Positions 1-12,139 of a stretch of 64,000 nucleotides of DNA are shown one piece after another; positions within the stretch are counted from its first letter, which is position 1, and every line of letters starts with the position of its first letter. The translations under genes were made by a program, and so were the position numbers. The notes under the pieces are model-generated. The model did not search any database. It had not been told where the DNA came from and worked only from the letters and a program-made list of their open reading frames with translations. Origin of the DNA: Chiloscyllium plagiosum (Eukaryota); assembly GCF_004010195.1 (NCBI RefSeq), contig NC_057751.1, positions 6,998,133 to 7,062,132 on the forward strand, in the 5' to 3' direction.

Positions 1-700
1 TCCTTTGCTGAGGACTGATCGTTCGTCCTCAGTGAGGGGAAGGTCTGGAGGGATGGTGAAAACTCAGTAGGGCTGGGAGCTGGGATCTGGTGTGGGTGTG
101 GAGCTGGGTGTGGGGGGCGGAGCCAGTAACTGGAGTATTTCAACTCCAGTGTGATGGTGGGGGGAATGGGGGTGGAGTCATGAGCAGGGGTAGTGTTCCC
201 CTCGGGGTTCTGGGGGGTGGGGATAGTGACAGTCGGGTCTGTGGGGGGCATGTCAGCAGAAAGCAGGTGAGTGGCGCTGGTGGGGGTGGCGGAAGTCACT
301 GAGTGTGTAACATCAGTGATGATGTGAGGGGCAGAAGTGATGTCACGTGTGATGCATGAGGAACTGTGAGGGGCAGAAGTGGTTGTGGGCCATGATGGGG
401 GCGGAAGTGACATCATCAATCAGCGTGGGGGTGGCAGCTGCACCAGCCACATGGCTAATGGCGTCCGAGCAGTTCCAGAGGCTGGGGAATCTTCTGAAAT
501 GTTTGAGGAGCGCTGGTTATGGAGGTGAGTAGATAAAAATTTGTTGTACTTACAGTTTTTGATGTTTGAGTTGGAGTTGAAATACTATTTGTTGAGAGTA
601 TGAATTCTCCTGAGGATGTAGCACAGAGTGGGTCCTTTGCAATTCTGAGAGAGTGTGGCCCTCAGCTGAGGCAGGGCTGACTGTAGAGAGGTTAGGTGAA
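1..700 (-). mobile_element. Penelope-like element, N-terminal ORF region (continues past window start)
   Basis: The minus strand at the window edge reads VFTIPPDLPLTEDERSVLSKG, the LxxxExxVLSKG motif that precedes PLE reverse transcriptase. Upstream is a low-complexity Pro/Thr-rich linker with repeated acttc(c/t)gcccc units. Confidence 0.7.
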
Positions 701-714
701 GGTTGCAATTCCTT

Positions 715-1352
715 TATGCTTTCCTTTATTGGTTAGAGCATTGAGTGTAGGGGTTGGGATGTCATGTTGCAGCTGTACCAGATATTAATTAGGCCATTAT
801 TGGATTACAGTGTTCACTTCTGGTCTCCCTGCTTTAGGAAAGATGTTGTGAAACTTGAAAGAGTTCAGAAAAGACTGACAAGGATGTTGCCAGGCTTGGA
901 GGATTTGAGCTATAGGGAGAGGCTGAATAGGATGGGGCTGTGCTCCCTGGAGCCTCGGAGGCTAAAGGGTGACCGTGTAGAGGTTTATAAAATCATGAGG
1001 AGCATAGATACAATAAGTAGAAAAGGTCCTTTATTCCGTGGTAGGGAGACCAAAACGAGAGGGTGCAGGTTTAAGATGAGAGGGGAAAGATTTAAAAGGG
1101 ATTCAAGGGGCACCTTTTTCACACAGGAGTAAGTGTATGGAGTGAGCTGCCAGATATAGTATTTGAGGCTGGTATAATTACAACATTTAAAAGGCATCTG
1201 GATGGGTATATGAATAGGAAGGGTTCAGAGGGATAGGGCCAAGTGTTGGCAAATGGGGCTAGATTCGTTTAGGATATCTGCTCGGCATGGATGAGTTGGA
1301 CCGAAGGGTCTGTTTCTGTGCTGTACATCTCTAAGACTCTAAGATTCTAAGA
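715..1352 (+). mobile_element. CR1-clade LINE (HER1-like) 3' end
   Basis: ORF2 C-terminus LYQILIRPLLDYSVHFWSP...LERVQKRLTRMLPGL..LSYRERL, then a 3' UTR ending in a short tandem tail (ctaagactctaagattctaag). Confidence 0.92.
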
Positions 1353-3280
1353 CCAAGATAGATCATCCCAGAGGGGTGGCAATCAGAATCACATATCTGA
1401 GAGGGGGGCAGTTGCAGATGGGTCAGTGACAGGATGTAATGAAACTATCAGGAAGGTTTCTCACGCGATGAAACAAAGGGATTGGTTAAAGTGTGTTTGC
1501 TTTAACGCAAGGAATGTTAGAAGTAAGAGTGACAAACTTAGAACATGGATCAGTACTTTGAGCTATGATGTTGTGGCCATAATGGAGACGTGGGTTTCAC
1601 AGGGGCAGGAATGGTTGCTTGATGTTCCAGGGTTTAGGACGTTTAGAAAGAGCAGGGAGGGTGGAAAATAGGAGGGGGTGTAGCATTGCTAATCAGAGAG
1701 TGCATCACAGCTACAGAAATGAAGATTGTTGAGGAAGGCTTGTCTTCTGAGTCAGTATGGGTGGAAGTTAGGAATAGCAAAGGAGCAGCCACCTCTTCGG
1801 GGGTTTTCTACAGACCCCTTAATAGCAGTAGAAAGATTGAAGAACTCATAAGCCGGCAGATTTTGGAAAAATGCAGATGTAGCAGGGTTGTTGTTATGGA
1901 TGATTTCAACTTTCCCAATATCGACTGGAACCTCCTTCGTGCAGATGGTTTGGATGGAAATGTTTTTGTCAGGTGTGTTCAGGAGGGTTTCCTTACTCAG
2001 TATGTAGACAGGCCATCAAGGGGTGGGGCTCGGCAATGAGCCAGGACAAGTGTCAGATCTCACGGTGGGAGAACACTTTGGTGACAGTGATCACACCTGC
2101 CTCACATTTACCATAGCCTTGGAGAGGGAAAGGGACAATTACCGTGCAAAGGTATTTAATTGGGGAAAAGGAAATTATGACGCTATCAGACAGGAGTTGG
2201 GAAGTACAGACTGGGAGCAATTGTTCCACAGAAAGGGCACAGCAGACATGTGAAGACTATTTAAGGTGTAGTTGTTGCAAGTGATGCACAAATTTGTTCC
2301 ACTGAGACATGGAAGAAGGGGTAAGATTAAGGAACCTTGGATGACAAGAACGGAGGGGTTTCTCATCAAAAAGAAGAAGGCAGCTTACGTAAGGTGGAGG
2401 AACCGAGGATCTACCACAGCTTTAGAGGATTACAGGCTTGCTAGAAAGGAGCTCAGAAATAGACTGAGGAGATCCAGGAGGGGCACGAAAAAGGCTTGCC
2501 AAGAAGGATTCGGGAGAACCCAAAGGCATTTTACTCGTACATGAGGAATAAGAGAATGATCAGTGAGAAGCTAGGGGCGATCAGGGATGGAGGAGGGAAC
2601 TTGTGCGTGGAGTCTGAGCAGATAGGGGAAGCCCTAAATGAGTTTTTGCTTCACTTTTCACTTAGGAAAGGAACCTTGTTGTGAATGAGAACTTTGAGGG
2701 GCTGGGATACAGGCTTGACCAGATCAAGATTAATGAAGTTGATGTGCTGGAAATTTTGGCAAACAATAAGATTGATAAGTCCCCAGGGCCAGACGAGATG
2801 TATCCTAGGCTGCTCCGGGAAATGAGAAAGGAGATTGCTAAGCCACTGGCAAAATTCTTTGCCTTTTCACTCTCCACGGGAGTCGGAGGTGACAAAACAG
2901 GTTGACGAAGGTCGAGCAGTAGATGTGATCTATATGGACTTCAGCAAGGCATTTGATAAGGTTCCCCATGGTAGGCTCATTCATAAAGTCAAGAAGTATT
3001 GGATACCGGGAGATTTGGCTATCTGTATTCAGAATTGGTTGGCTGACAGAAGGCAGAGACTGCTTGTAGATGGAAAATATTCTGCCTGGAGGTCAGTGTT
3101 GAGTGGTATCCTGCAGGGCTCGGTTGTTGGGCCTCTGTTCTTTGTAGTTTTTATAAATGACTTGGATGAAGAGATTAAGGGAATGGGTTAGTAAAATTGC
3201 AGATGACTCAAAGGTTGGAGGTGCCATTGCTAATATCGAGGGCTATTGCTGGCTGCAGCGCGACATAGACAGGATGCAGG
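1353..3280 (+). mobile_element. CR1-clade LINE ORF2 fragment (APE endonuclease and RT, frameshifted, internally deleted near 2885)
   Basis: CFNARNVRSK, YDVVAIMETW, VFYRP, MDDFNFPNIDW, GDSDH (endonuclease); KSPGPDEMYPRLL; YMDFSKAFDKVPH, ILQGSVVGP and IADDSK (RT). Confidence 0.93.
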
Positions 3281-4446
3281 GGAGGGAGGAGCTTTTTGTG
3301 GCTTTGTTTAGTGGGACATCACGAAGCACACCTGGTTGTGACAGGATTGCACAGCTCACATCTGATTTGTTGGTTGTGGAATCACTTAGCTCAGTCGGTC
3401 ACTTGCTGTTAATGTTGTTTGCTATGCACTCAAAGTTAATTGGCTGTGAATTGGTATATATATGGGGAGCTCGTAATCAGAGCAGTGTGAGCTTTATGGA
3501 TATTTTTGACTAAACTAAAGCTCTCACTAAAGGTGTGGACTTGGACTCTGTTGAAAATATTTATCTTCCAGCATATAATGCATCACACCATAATCACGTC
3601 ATGTGATGACAGTTCAGGACATCCATTGACTATACTCAGCCTGGTCTCTTATCAGCAGAGCCTTTCTACCACTTACTCTCTGCCCTTTGTTCAACAATGA
3701 TTTACCAGATTGCACCGATTCTTACTGAACATGTTGAACATGCTGCAGGGCTGATGCTTAGTTCAAGTTGAGAAGTTGAAGAAAACGTGCTTCAGTGTTA
3801 AGTACATGGCTGCAACGTGTGGCTTTATGGGAGATATTCATCCAAATATGACATCTCTTTTACTGCATTCTGTCTTCACGTTGAGAGAGCAGATGGCATG
3901 TGGCCAGGATTGTGGCTAGCTCATGTGAATTACTCTAGTAGGCCCTGCCAAGGTGGTGACATGCTTTGTGACTGCAATATGATTACATGTCTCCAGATGA
4001 CGACAAGCAGTTTGAGCACCAGCCTCCAACTTGGCTTTGTGTCACTTCCAAGAAGAGTGCAGCCAAGAGAAGGGCAATAACAACCATAGTGCGCTCTCTA
4101 AATTGAGGGGTGGCCAAGAAACTGCCCTTCAGTGATCTCTGTTTGCAGACTTCCTATTTTCAGCATTCTTCACGTTCACATTCTTCAGATTGGGCAGGTA
4201 GAGGGAAAGCCATATGGAGAATTTTATGCTGCCTCCAAGCCCCACATCACCAACTCTCTGGGGCTTTGTTATATTGTGGCCATGAGGGAGAAATGATATA
4301 TTCCTGGGGTGAGGTGATAGGGTGCACAGGGAGTGATGAAATAGCACAGACCTGGGGGTCTGATTGACCTGTTTCTTGTGCTGTAAATATTATGTACAGT
4401 TCAAGTGGTGAGCAATTTTCATTGTTTTCCCCCAAATGTCAATACA

Positions 4447-4616
4447 CAGAGGAACCTTGATTATCCGGCATTCAATTAACCAAATTGGATCATCCAAACA
4501 AGATCGCAAAGTTCCAATGCGTGGCTAACTATGTTATCTGGCAACGATTATCCGGCATTCAATTAACTGAACGAAATACTCTCCTCTATGTCCTTTGGAT
4601 AATCGAGTTTCCTCTG
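4447..4616. mobile_element. Tigger/pogo-like MITE
   Basis: Terminal inverted repeats CAGAGGAACCTTGATTATCC and GGATAATCGAGTTTCCTCTG, plus an internal direct repeat gattatccggcattcaattaac. Same terminus as the element at 18251. Confidence 0.8.
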
Positions 4617-6614
4617 TGCTTTGTTGTGTAAAGTCACGCAAAGTGGGAGATCATTTAACACCGCGCAAATGTGGGCATGATCGATGTTATTATATTTGCC
4701 TTAATGTACAGATTGTTTTTTTTTGTACTAATTAAACCCCATGGGAGTAATCTGAGCATGTCTTGCCCATCAAAAAATACTCAAGATTGGGTCAAATACT
4801 GACTTTGACACTTGCTCATTTTGACTCTCCAGTGAGGTCAATAGCTAAAAATAGCTCATAGCAATACTAAGCGCTGGGGAAATGTAGCAGTCTGGCAGAG
4901 GGAAACAGAGTTAACATTTGGAATTGCAAGAGGACTTAATGGTTCTAAACAAGAAGAGTATTTGTCTCTAAGTGTTAATTCTGTCTGTCTGTGCCTAACC
5001 TGCTGCATTTTTCCAGCACTTGGCATTTTAGTTTCATATTTGCAGTATTTGGCTTTTTGTTTACTGATAAAAATAAATTCCTCACTTTAATTTCTCCAGA
5101 TGGAGTGTTGAGGGAAGAATTTTGCTTCTTCACGGTATCTGTTAGCAATCATCGTGGCCCATAGTAAAAGATTATTCATCTTAAATTAAAAATACTCATT
5201 CCTGTCCATGTACTGGTTGTGTGAATATAAACTTGATTGATTGATATCAATGCTTAGACAGAACTCCAGCTTTGCCAAGTGCCCACCATTCTATCTGCTC
5301 TTCAGTAAGATTCTGCCAAAGCAGGACGAGAGTACAAATTGATTTATGAAAAGCAGCTTTCATCTGCGTGGCTGCAGTGTATAATGAGAAATGTATTAAA
5401 TCTAATGAAGGTAAAATGTGCTTACTGGGGTTGCATGACTGCACCGCGATTAAGTGATTCAATATTCCCCCCTGGATTAATTTAGACAATGTGCTGGGTA
5501 ATATAATGGCCTTTCTACCGAGAACGTGGCTGACAAATACCATTCGATGAAGATTAATGCATTTAATTGTGTTGATGAAATCACAGCATAATCACAGAAG
5601 TGCAAGTGAACAAGATAAATGTGTCGATGAGGGTCTTTGATTAATCAGTGTTACTTAGATTCATTGCTCCGGATACTCTTTTTTTACTTTGAGACATCCC
5701 TATGCTGGCAACATTCAAAGTATGATGCCAATGCAATTTGATGGTTTGAAGACAGAAAATGTCGTTGTTCACAAATGGTGTCTGTCCTGAGAGGAAGAAT
5801 GGTGCAGCAGCTGTTGTTGACCACACTCGGTGTGAATGGGCGCGACGATTCACTTTAACAGAGCTCATTTCAAGACTGTCGTGTCAGTCAGCATGTGGCA
5901 ATTATTTTCTGTAATTGGAACAAATGTACCAATTAGGCAAAGTTATCCCTTGACGCCCAATACAGGGTTATTGAACAAATCCATATACGTCTTTGCATTT
6001 CCATTATAGATCTTTTCATTATTAGCCAGGCGCTTGGGTTTACACTGGAATTTCAATTGGGCTGATGTTTCCAACGAACAAGAACGATCAGAATTTCAGA
6101 GCATGTTCAGTTTACAATATTGAAATTTTGATTCCAGCCATGCTTTCACCTGTCTGGAAACAGTTCATTCTTTCTAAGCATTATTGTGACAGACCAATTT
6201 AAGAACCCCCATTGCTGATTAGAATTAAATCATTGGTTTCCCTGGAGCAAAATAACAGTTTTTGCCCTCTTCTATTTTAAGCGACCAGGACAAAACATGA
6301 CAGCAGGTGAGAAACCATCAGTGAGAAACAGCATGTTGTTTTCCTTTGTCAGATTTGAAAGAAGTAATAAAAGAGAGCAGAGAAAAATACTTTTCAACCT
6401 AGTTTTGGGTAAATTTCCTTTCTGGAAAGGAATGGATTTTCTCATGCCACCTGCCAAAGTTACATTTGGTCATAAAAAGGAATTATTTTGAGACTTGTGT
6501 TTGTTTGCAGGAGCAGCAGCAGAAAACAAAATCATCACGATGCACTTGGTTATCACACAGGGACTCTCATGCAAACTCCTGCTAATTTGTTTTCATGAAT
6601 TGCACAAATTTGGA

Positions 6615-6774
6615 AGGGGTTAGAAGACTTGACAAAGTGGCTGTGGCGAGATTATTTCCCCTTGTGGGAGAATCTCAGACCAGAGGGCATAATCTCAGAA
6701 CAAGGGGTCACCCATTTAAGACTGAGGTAATAAGAAATTTCTTCTCTTGGAGGATAGTGTATCTATAGAATTCT
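6615..6774 (+). mobile_element. CR1 3' region, interrupted by a Penelope insertion (resumes about 8200-8360)
   Basis: LFPLVGESQTRGHNLR-type sequence. The matching CR1 3' UTR (aaggggaatcaatggttatgggg...cagccatgatctcattgaatgg) continues after 8200. Confidence 0.8.
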
Positions 6775-6777
6775 ATA

Positions 6778-8175
6778 TGTATGTTTGCTCGCAGAACTGG
6801 AAGGTTCGTTTTCAGACGTTTCATCACCGTACTAGGTAACATCTTCAGTGAGCCTCCGGATGAAGCACTGGTGGTGTAGCCCGCTTTCTATTTTTATGTT
6901 TGTGTTTCATTGGGATGGTGATGTCATTTCCTGTGGTGATGCCGTTTCCTGTGATAATGTCATTTTCTGTTCTTTTTCTCAGGAGGCGGTAAATGGGATC
7001 CAAGTCAATGTGTTTGTAGATAGAGTTCCAGTTGGAATGCCATACTTCTAGGAATTCTTGTGCATGCCTTTGTTTGGCTTGTCCTAGGATGGATGTGTTG
7101 TCCCAGTTGAAGTGGTGTCCTTACTCATCCGCATGTAAAGATACGAGTGAGAGTGGGTCATGTCTTTTTGTGGCTAGTTGATGTTCAAGTATTCTGGTGG
7201 CTAGTTTTCTGTCTGTTTGTCCAATGTAGCATTTGTTACAGTTCTTGCATGATATTTTGTAAATGACATTACTTTTGCTTGTTGTCTGTATCGGGTCTTT
7301 CAAGTTTATTAGCTGCTGTTTTAGTTCTGTTGGTGGGTTTATGGCTTTCATGAAGCCAAGCGGTCTGAGTAGTCTGGCAGTCATTTCCAAGATGTCTTTG
7401 ATGTAGGCTAGAATTTCTGAATGCATTTATCTGCTTGTTTGTTGCTGAGAAATTGGCGGGCTGTGTTCATTGGGTACCCATTCTTTCTGAATACATTGTA
7501 TAGGTGACTTTCCTCTACTCTGCGTAGTTCCTCCATGCTGCAGTGTGTGTTGGCTCATTGTAATAATGTTCTGATGCAGCTTCGTTTGTGGATGTTAGGA
7601 CGATTGCTTCTGTAGCTCAATATTTGGTCCGTCTGTCTTGTTTTCCTGTAGATGCTGATTTGAAGTTCCCCATTGGCTGTTCACTCTACTGCGACATCTA
7701 GGAATGGCAATTTGTTGTTTTCCTCCTCTTTAATGAATTTTATGCCAGTAAGGGTATTATTGATAGTCTTGAAGGTTTCCTCTAATGTATTTCGTTTAGT
7801 GATGACAAAAGTGTCATCCACGTAGCAGACCCCAAGTTTGGGTTGGATGTTGCCACAGTTGTTTGTTCGAGTCTCTGCATTACTGCCTCTGCTAAGAACC
7901 CTGATATCGGAGGTCTATGGGTATTCTGTTGGTTTGTCTGTAGATTTTGTTGTTGAAGGTGAAGTGGGTGATAAGGCATAGGTCCACTAGCTTGACGATA
8001 CTGTCCTTGATGATGAAATTGGTGGTGTTTTCTAATAACGTAGTCATGATTCCTTGGCCAGGTTGATGTTGTCATGCATAGGTCCACTAGCTTGACGATA
8101 CTGTCCTTGATGATATGTGTCTTTGGTTCTTCTAATAACGTAGTCATGATTCCTTGGCCAGGTTGATGTTGTCAT
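6778..8175 (-). mobile_element. Penelope-like retroelement (family A), 5'-truncated: partial RT, GIY-YIG endonuclease and pseudo-LTR
   Basis: Minus-strand ISGFLAEAVMQRLE and YVDDTF (RT); SNVIYKISCKNCNKCYIGQTDRKLATRILEH (GIY-YIG). Contains frameshifts. Confidence 0.92.
6812..6851 (-). ncRNA. Minimal type-I hammerhead ribozyme motif in the PLE pseudo-LTR
   Basis: Minus strand TCA-CTGAAGA-T-GTTACC-TAGTAC-GGTGAT-GAAA-CG-TC/TGA: intact CUGANGA and GAAA core, 6-bp stem II, palindromic ACGT stem III, GUC cleavage triplet and stem I TCA:TGA. Confidence 0.75.
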
Positions 8176-8956
8176 TACCTTTGTCATTACGTATAATCAT
8201 GGCTGTTACAGACTTCTAATGAGTAAGGGAATCAATGGTTATGGGGAAAAGGTAGGAAAGTGGAGTTGAGGATTACCAGATCAGCCATGATCTCATTGAA
8301 TGGAAGAATAGACTCAATGAGCGAAAAGACTCATTTTACTCCTCCATCTTATGGGCTTACAGGAGTTCACAACTTTTCAAATTTGCTGTTTGTGGCATAT
8401 TCTGGGCATCTCAGCACAAAATCAAGAATGCAACAGCCCTCCAAAAGTCAGAGTTCCCAAGTTTGTTATCACTCATCAAGCAGAGGTTACCTGGGCTCGC
8501 CGTGGAAAGATGGGGGCAACAAAAAAACTTTAGAACGGGGAGTTATTTGAGGCCGGCTGTCCTGAAAGGATGCCGTAGCTTAATTTGAAGTTGCTTGCCA
8601 ATATGACATCAATGCATTATAGATCCGTTATGAATATGGGAGATATGAGTTGATGAGAGACAAAGTTGGTTACAGTGGATGTGTGTCGGTCTACATCACC
8701 ACAATGGTAAGTTGCTACTGGCGCCGACTCCTATCACAACTACTCAGAGCTACATCAGAACACCATTTGTGCCACTTACGGCAAACAGTTCAAGTGCACC
8801 ATGTGAAACTACTTTGTTCCCAGCGGATTTATTTTCTCATTATCTCCTGCACATGGAAGATAACTGATAGTGTGGAACCCATTTGGAAATGCAAAGACAG
8901 CATGTTCGGAAGGCTTAGCTAACTTCCCAGACCTTAGAGGTCGAGTCTCATGGAAA

Positions 8957-11170
8957 TACATAAGAACATAAAAACTACGAGCTGAAGTAGGCCACCTGGC
9001 TCTTTGAGCCTGCTCCACCATTCAATACGATCATGGCTGATCTTTCTGTGGCCTCAGCTCCACTTACCCACCCTCTCACCATATCCCTTAATTCTTTTAC
9101 AGCTCAAAAAATTATCTTAGCTTTAAAAACATTTACTGAGGAAGCCTCAACCACTTCACTGACAGGAAACTCCAGAGATTCATAACCCTCTGGATGGAGA
9201 AGTTCCTTCTCAATTCAGTTCGAAATCTGCTCCCCCTAATTTTGAGGCTAAGCCCTCTTGTCCTAGTTTCACTTGCCAGTGGGCACATCCTCTCTACTTC
9301 TATCTTATCTATTCCCTTCATAATTTTATATGTTTCTCATATGTTCTTCTAAATTTCACTGAATGTAATCCCCAGTTTACTCAATCTCTCCTCATAAGCC
9401 AACCCACTCAACTCTGGAATCAACCTCGTGCACCTTCTCTGCACTCCCTCTAATGCCACTACATCTTTTCTCAAGTCAGGAGACCAAAACTGAACGCAGA
9501 ACTCCAGATGTGGCCTCACCAACACCCGATACAGCTGCAACATAGTGTCTCTGCTTTTGAACTCAATCCCTTTAGCAACGAAGGACAAAATTCCATTTGC
9601 CTTTTTAATTACCTGTTGCACCTGCAGACCAACCTTCTGTGATTCATGCACAAGGACACTCAGTTCCCTCTGCACAGCAGTGTGCTGTAACTTTTTTACC
9701 ATTCAAGTAATAGTCCTTTTTACTGCTGTTTCTATCAAAATGGATAACTTCACATTTATTCATATTGTACTCCATCTGCCAGACCTTTGCCCACTCACTT
9801 AAACTATCAATGTCCATTTGCAAAGTTCCACAGTCCTCTGCACACTTTGCTCTACCACTCATTTCAGTGTCATCTGCAAACTTTGATACACTACACGTGG
9901 TCCACAACTCCAAATTATCTATATAAACTGTGAATAGTTGTGGTTCCAACACTGATCCCTGAGGCCTCACGAGTCACTGATTGCCAACCAGAATACCACT
10001 TATTTATTCCCACTCCTTGCTTTCTGTTAGTTAACCAATCCTCTGTCCACACTGATACATTGTCCATAATGCTTTGCATCTTTACCTTATGCAGCAGTCT
10101 TCTGTATGGCACCTTGTCGAATGCCTTTTGGAAATCTAAATACACCATCTACTGGGTCACCGTTGTCCATCATGATCATAATGTCTTCATAGAATTCCAA
10201 AAGGTTAGTTCAGCATGACCTGCCCTTCCGAAACCCATGTGGCGTCTGCCCAACGGGGCAATTTCTATCTAGATGCCTTGCTATTCCTGATGAAGGGCTT
10301 GTGCCTGAAACGCCGATTCTCCTGCTCCTCGGATGCTGCCTGACCTGCTTTGCTTTTCCAGCACTACACTCTCGAGTCTGATCTCCAGCATCTGCAAGTC
10401 CTCACTTTCTCACTTTGCTATTTCTTCCTTGATGATAACATTTTCCCCACCCCAGAAGTTAAGGTAACTGGTCTATAATTCCCCATGTTTTGTCTACCTC
10501 CCTTTTTAAACAGTGGTGTCACACATGCTGTTTTCCAATCTGCTGGAACTGCCCAGAGTCCAGCGAATTTTGGAAAATTACCATAATTTGCTATATCTCC
10601 CGCTATCTCTTTTAACACCATGGGATGCATTCCATCAGGTTCTGGATTAGTGGTGCTGGAAGAGCACGCCCTTCCGAAACCCATGTGGCGTCTGCCCAAC
10701 GGGGCAATTTCTATCTAGATGCCTTGCTATTCCTGATGAAGGGTTTGTGCCTGAAACGCCGATTCTCCTGCTCCTCAGATGCTGCCTGACCTGCTTTGCT
10801 TTTCCAGCACTACACTCTTGAGTCTGATCTCCAGCATCTGCAGTCCTCACTTTCTCACTTTGCTATTTCTTCCTTGATGATAATATTTTCCCCACCCCAG
10901 AAGTTAAGGTAACTGGTCTATAATTCCTCATGTTTTGTCTACCTCCCTTTTTAAACAGTGGTGTCACACTTGCTGTTTTCCAATCTGCTGGAACTGCCCA
11001 GAGTCCAGCGAATTTTGGAAGATTACCATAATTTGCTATTTCTCCCGCTATCTCTTTTAACACCATGAGATGCATTCCATCAGGGCCAGGACACTTGTCT
11101 ACCCTTAGCTTCATCATATTGCCCAATGCTACCTCTTTCGTGATATTGATTGTTTCTAAGTTCTCACCTA
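8957..11170 (-). mobile_element. CR1-clade LINE ORF2 3' half with internal duplication and mini-element insertions
   Basis: KCPGPDGMH, PLFKKGGRQNMGNYRPVTLTS, YLDFQKAFDKVP, PQGSVLEPQLF, KFADDT, LYRVLVRPHLEFCVQFWSP. The 3' tail (cataagaacata) is at about 8957-8970. Confidence 0.93.
10286..10414 (+). mobile_element. Hammerhead-bearing PLE-end mini-element (family B), TSD TTGCTATT; second copy at 10732-10859
   Basis: Begins cCTGATGAAGGGCTTGTGCCTGAAACGCCGATT, then gatgctgcctgacctgc...ccagcatctgca. Flanked by TTGCTATT at 10278-10285 and 10415-10422. Confidence 0.8.
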
Positions 11171-11204
11171 CGGTGTTGATGTCTGGTTAATCATGTTACG
11201 TTTG

Positions 11205-11325
11205 GTTGATTATTTTTGACTCAACCAGTTCAGAGATCTTGTAATATACCCCAGAACAGGTTGGATTTGAAACTGGGCTCCTGACTTTGAGGTTTTGACA
11301 TAATCTCTGGGCCATAAGAGCTCCT
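11205..11325 (-). mobile_element. Short tRNA-derived SINE fragment (related copy 61080-61198, + strand)
   Basis: Both copies share a B-box-like gtttcaa(a/g)t(c/t)cca and the tail atctctgaa..ggttga.t.aaaaa. Confidence 0.5.
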
Positions 11326-11429
11326 TTTTTTTGTTTATTTTCCCCCCTCACTACTTCCATGCAGCAATAGTGCTTCTCTTCCAACACCCATGTTAAGGTG
11401 CAAGATACAGTGAAAACACCAAGTGAAAA

Positions 11430-11935
11430 TAACTTTATTAACACTCCACCACCAGGAAGGACATCCGTCTGGCCAATGAACCAGTGACAAGCAAAGCCCA
11501 GAGCAAGTAATGCTTACATGAAAAAAGTGAAGGGGAGGATAGGTCCTAATTCAAAATAGAATTGGAGGGGGAAATAAAGCACTCCACTCCCCATGGTGAC
11601 CACTTCTCCCTCCATCTCCAGGGACATCTGGGCCCGAACATAACATGGAAAAGGTGAAGACAGTCAGCCATAATGATCTCCTCTATGGCTCGCTGCCGGG
11701 AACTGTTAATGGCCAACCTAGCCAGGCACAGGAGTAGACCTATGAGGAGATCCTGTGACCTGCCCACCCCCCTCCACACTGGGTGCCCAAAGTTCAGGAG
11801 CATGGGATTGAAGTGCAACCAAAAACATCAAAGAAGATCTTTAAGAAAACTAAAAAGCAAGTGCAGATGCGAATATCCCATGCATACATGGTCCATAGAC
11901 TCCACAACACCACAGAACAAACAGTTGGGCTGAGC
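11430..11935 (-). mobile_element. Tx1/L1-clade LINE 3' end
   Basis: Minus strand PNCLFCGVVESMDHV (zinc-knuckle-like), then LHFNPMLLNFGHPV...DLLIGLLLCLARLAI. AATAAA near the 3' end. Confidence 0.75.
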
Positions 11936-12139
11936 TCCTCTTAAGTTTGATATTGACTTCAAGTTGATATGAAACAGGTTATTCAGTTATATATGAGCAA
12001 CCACAAATGAAACACTGTACCTGTAAGACTGGGTGGAATGAGAAAGAGTAAGATTGCAGAAGTGAGGATCTCTCTCTCTGAGTGATGAGATAGATGTTGT
12101 CATGAAGATGTGCCATATGTAATATTACTTAAAAGACAT

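Noticed and set aside
1353..3280. Intact autonomous LINE or RT gene
   Set aside because: Multiple frameshifts, stops and an internal deletion. No intact TE ORF was found anywhere in the window.
4862..5060. Very old palindromic PLE-end element (similar traces at about 24210-24290 and 27720-27880)
   Set aside because: Resembles the mini-element family but is too decayed to define arms, core or TSD, so it is not listed as a feature.
6340..6405. Acceptor-like ctttgtcag/ATTTGAAAG as candidate preceding UNC5D exon
   Set aside because: Reads LKEVIKESREKYFST*, with no LRKNFEQ or CRPPEG motif.
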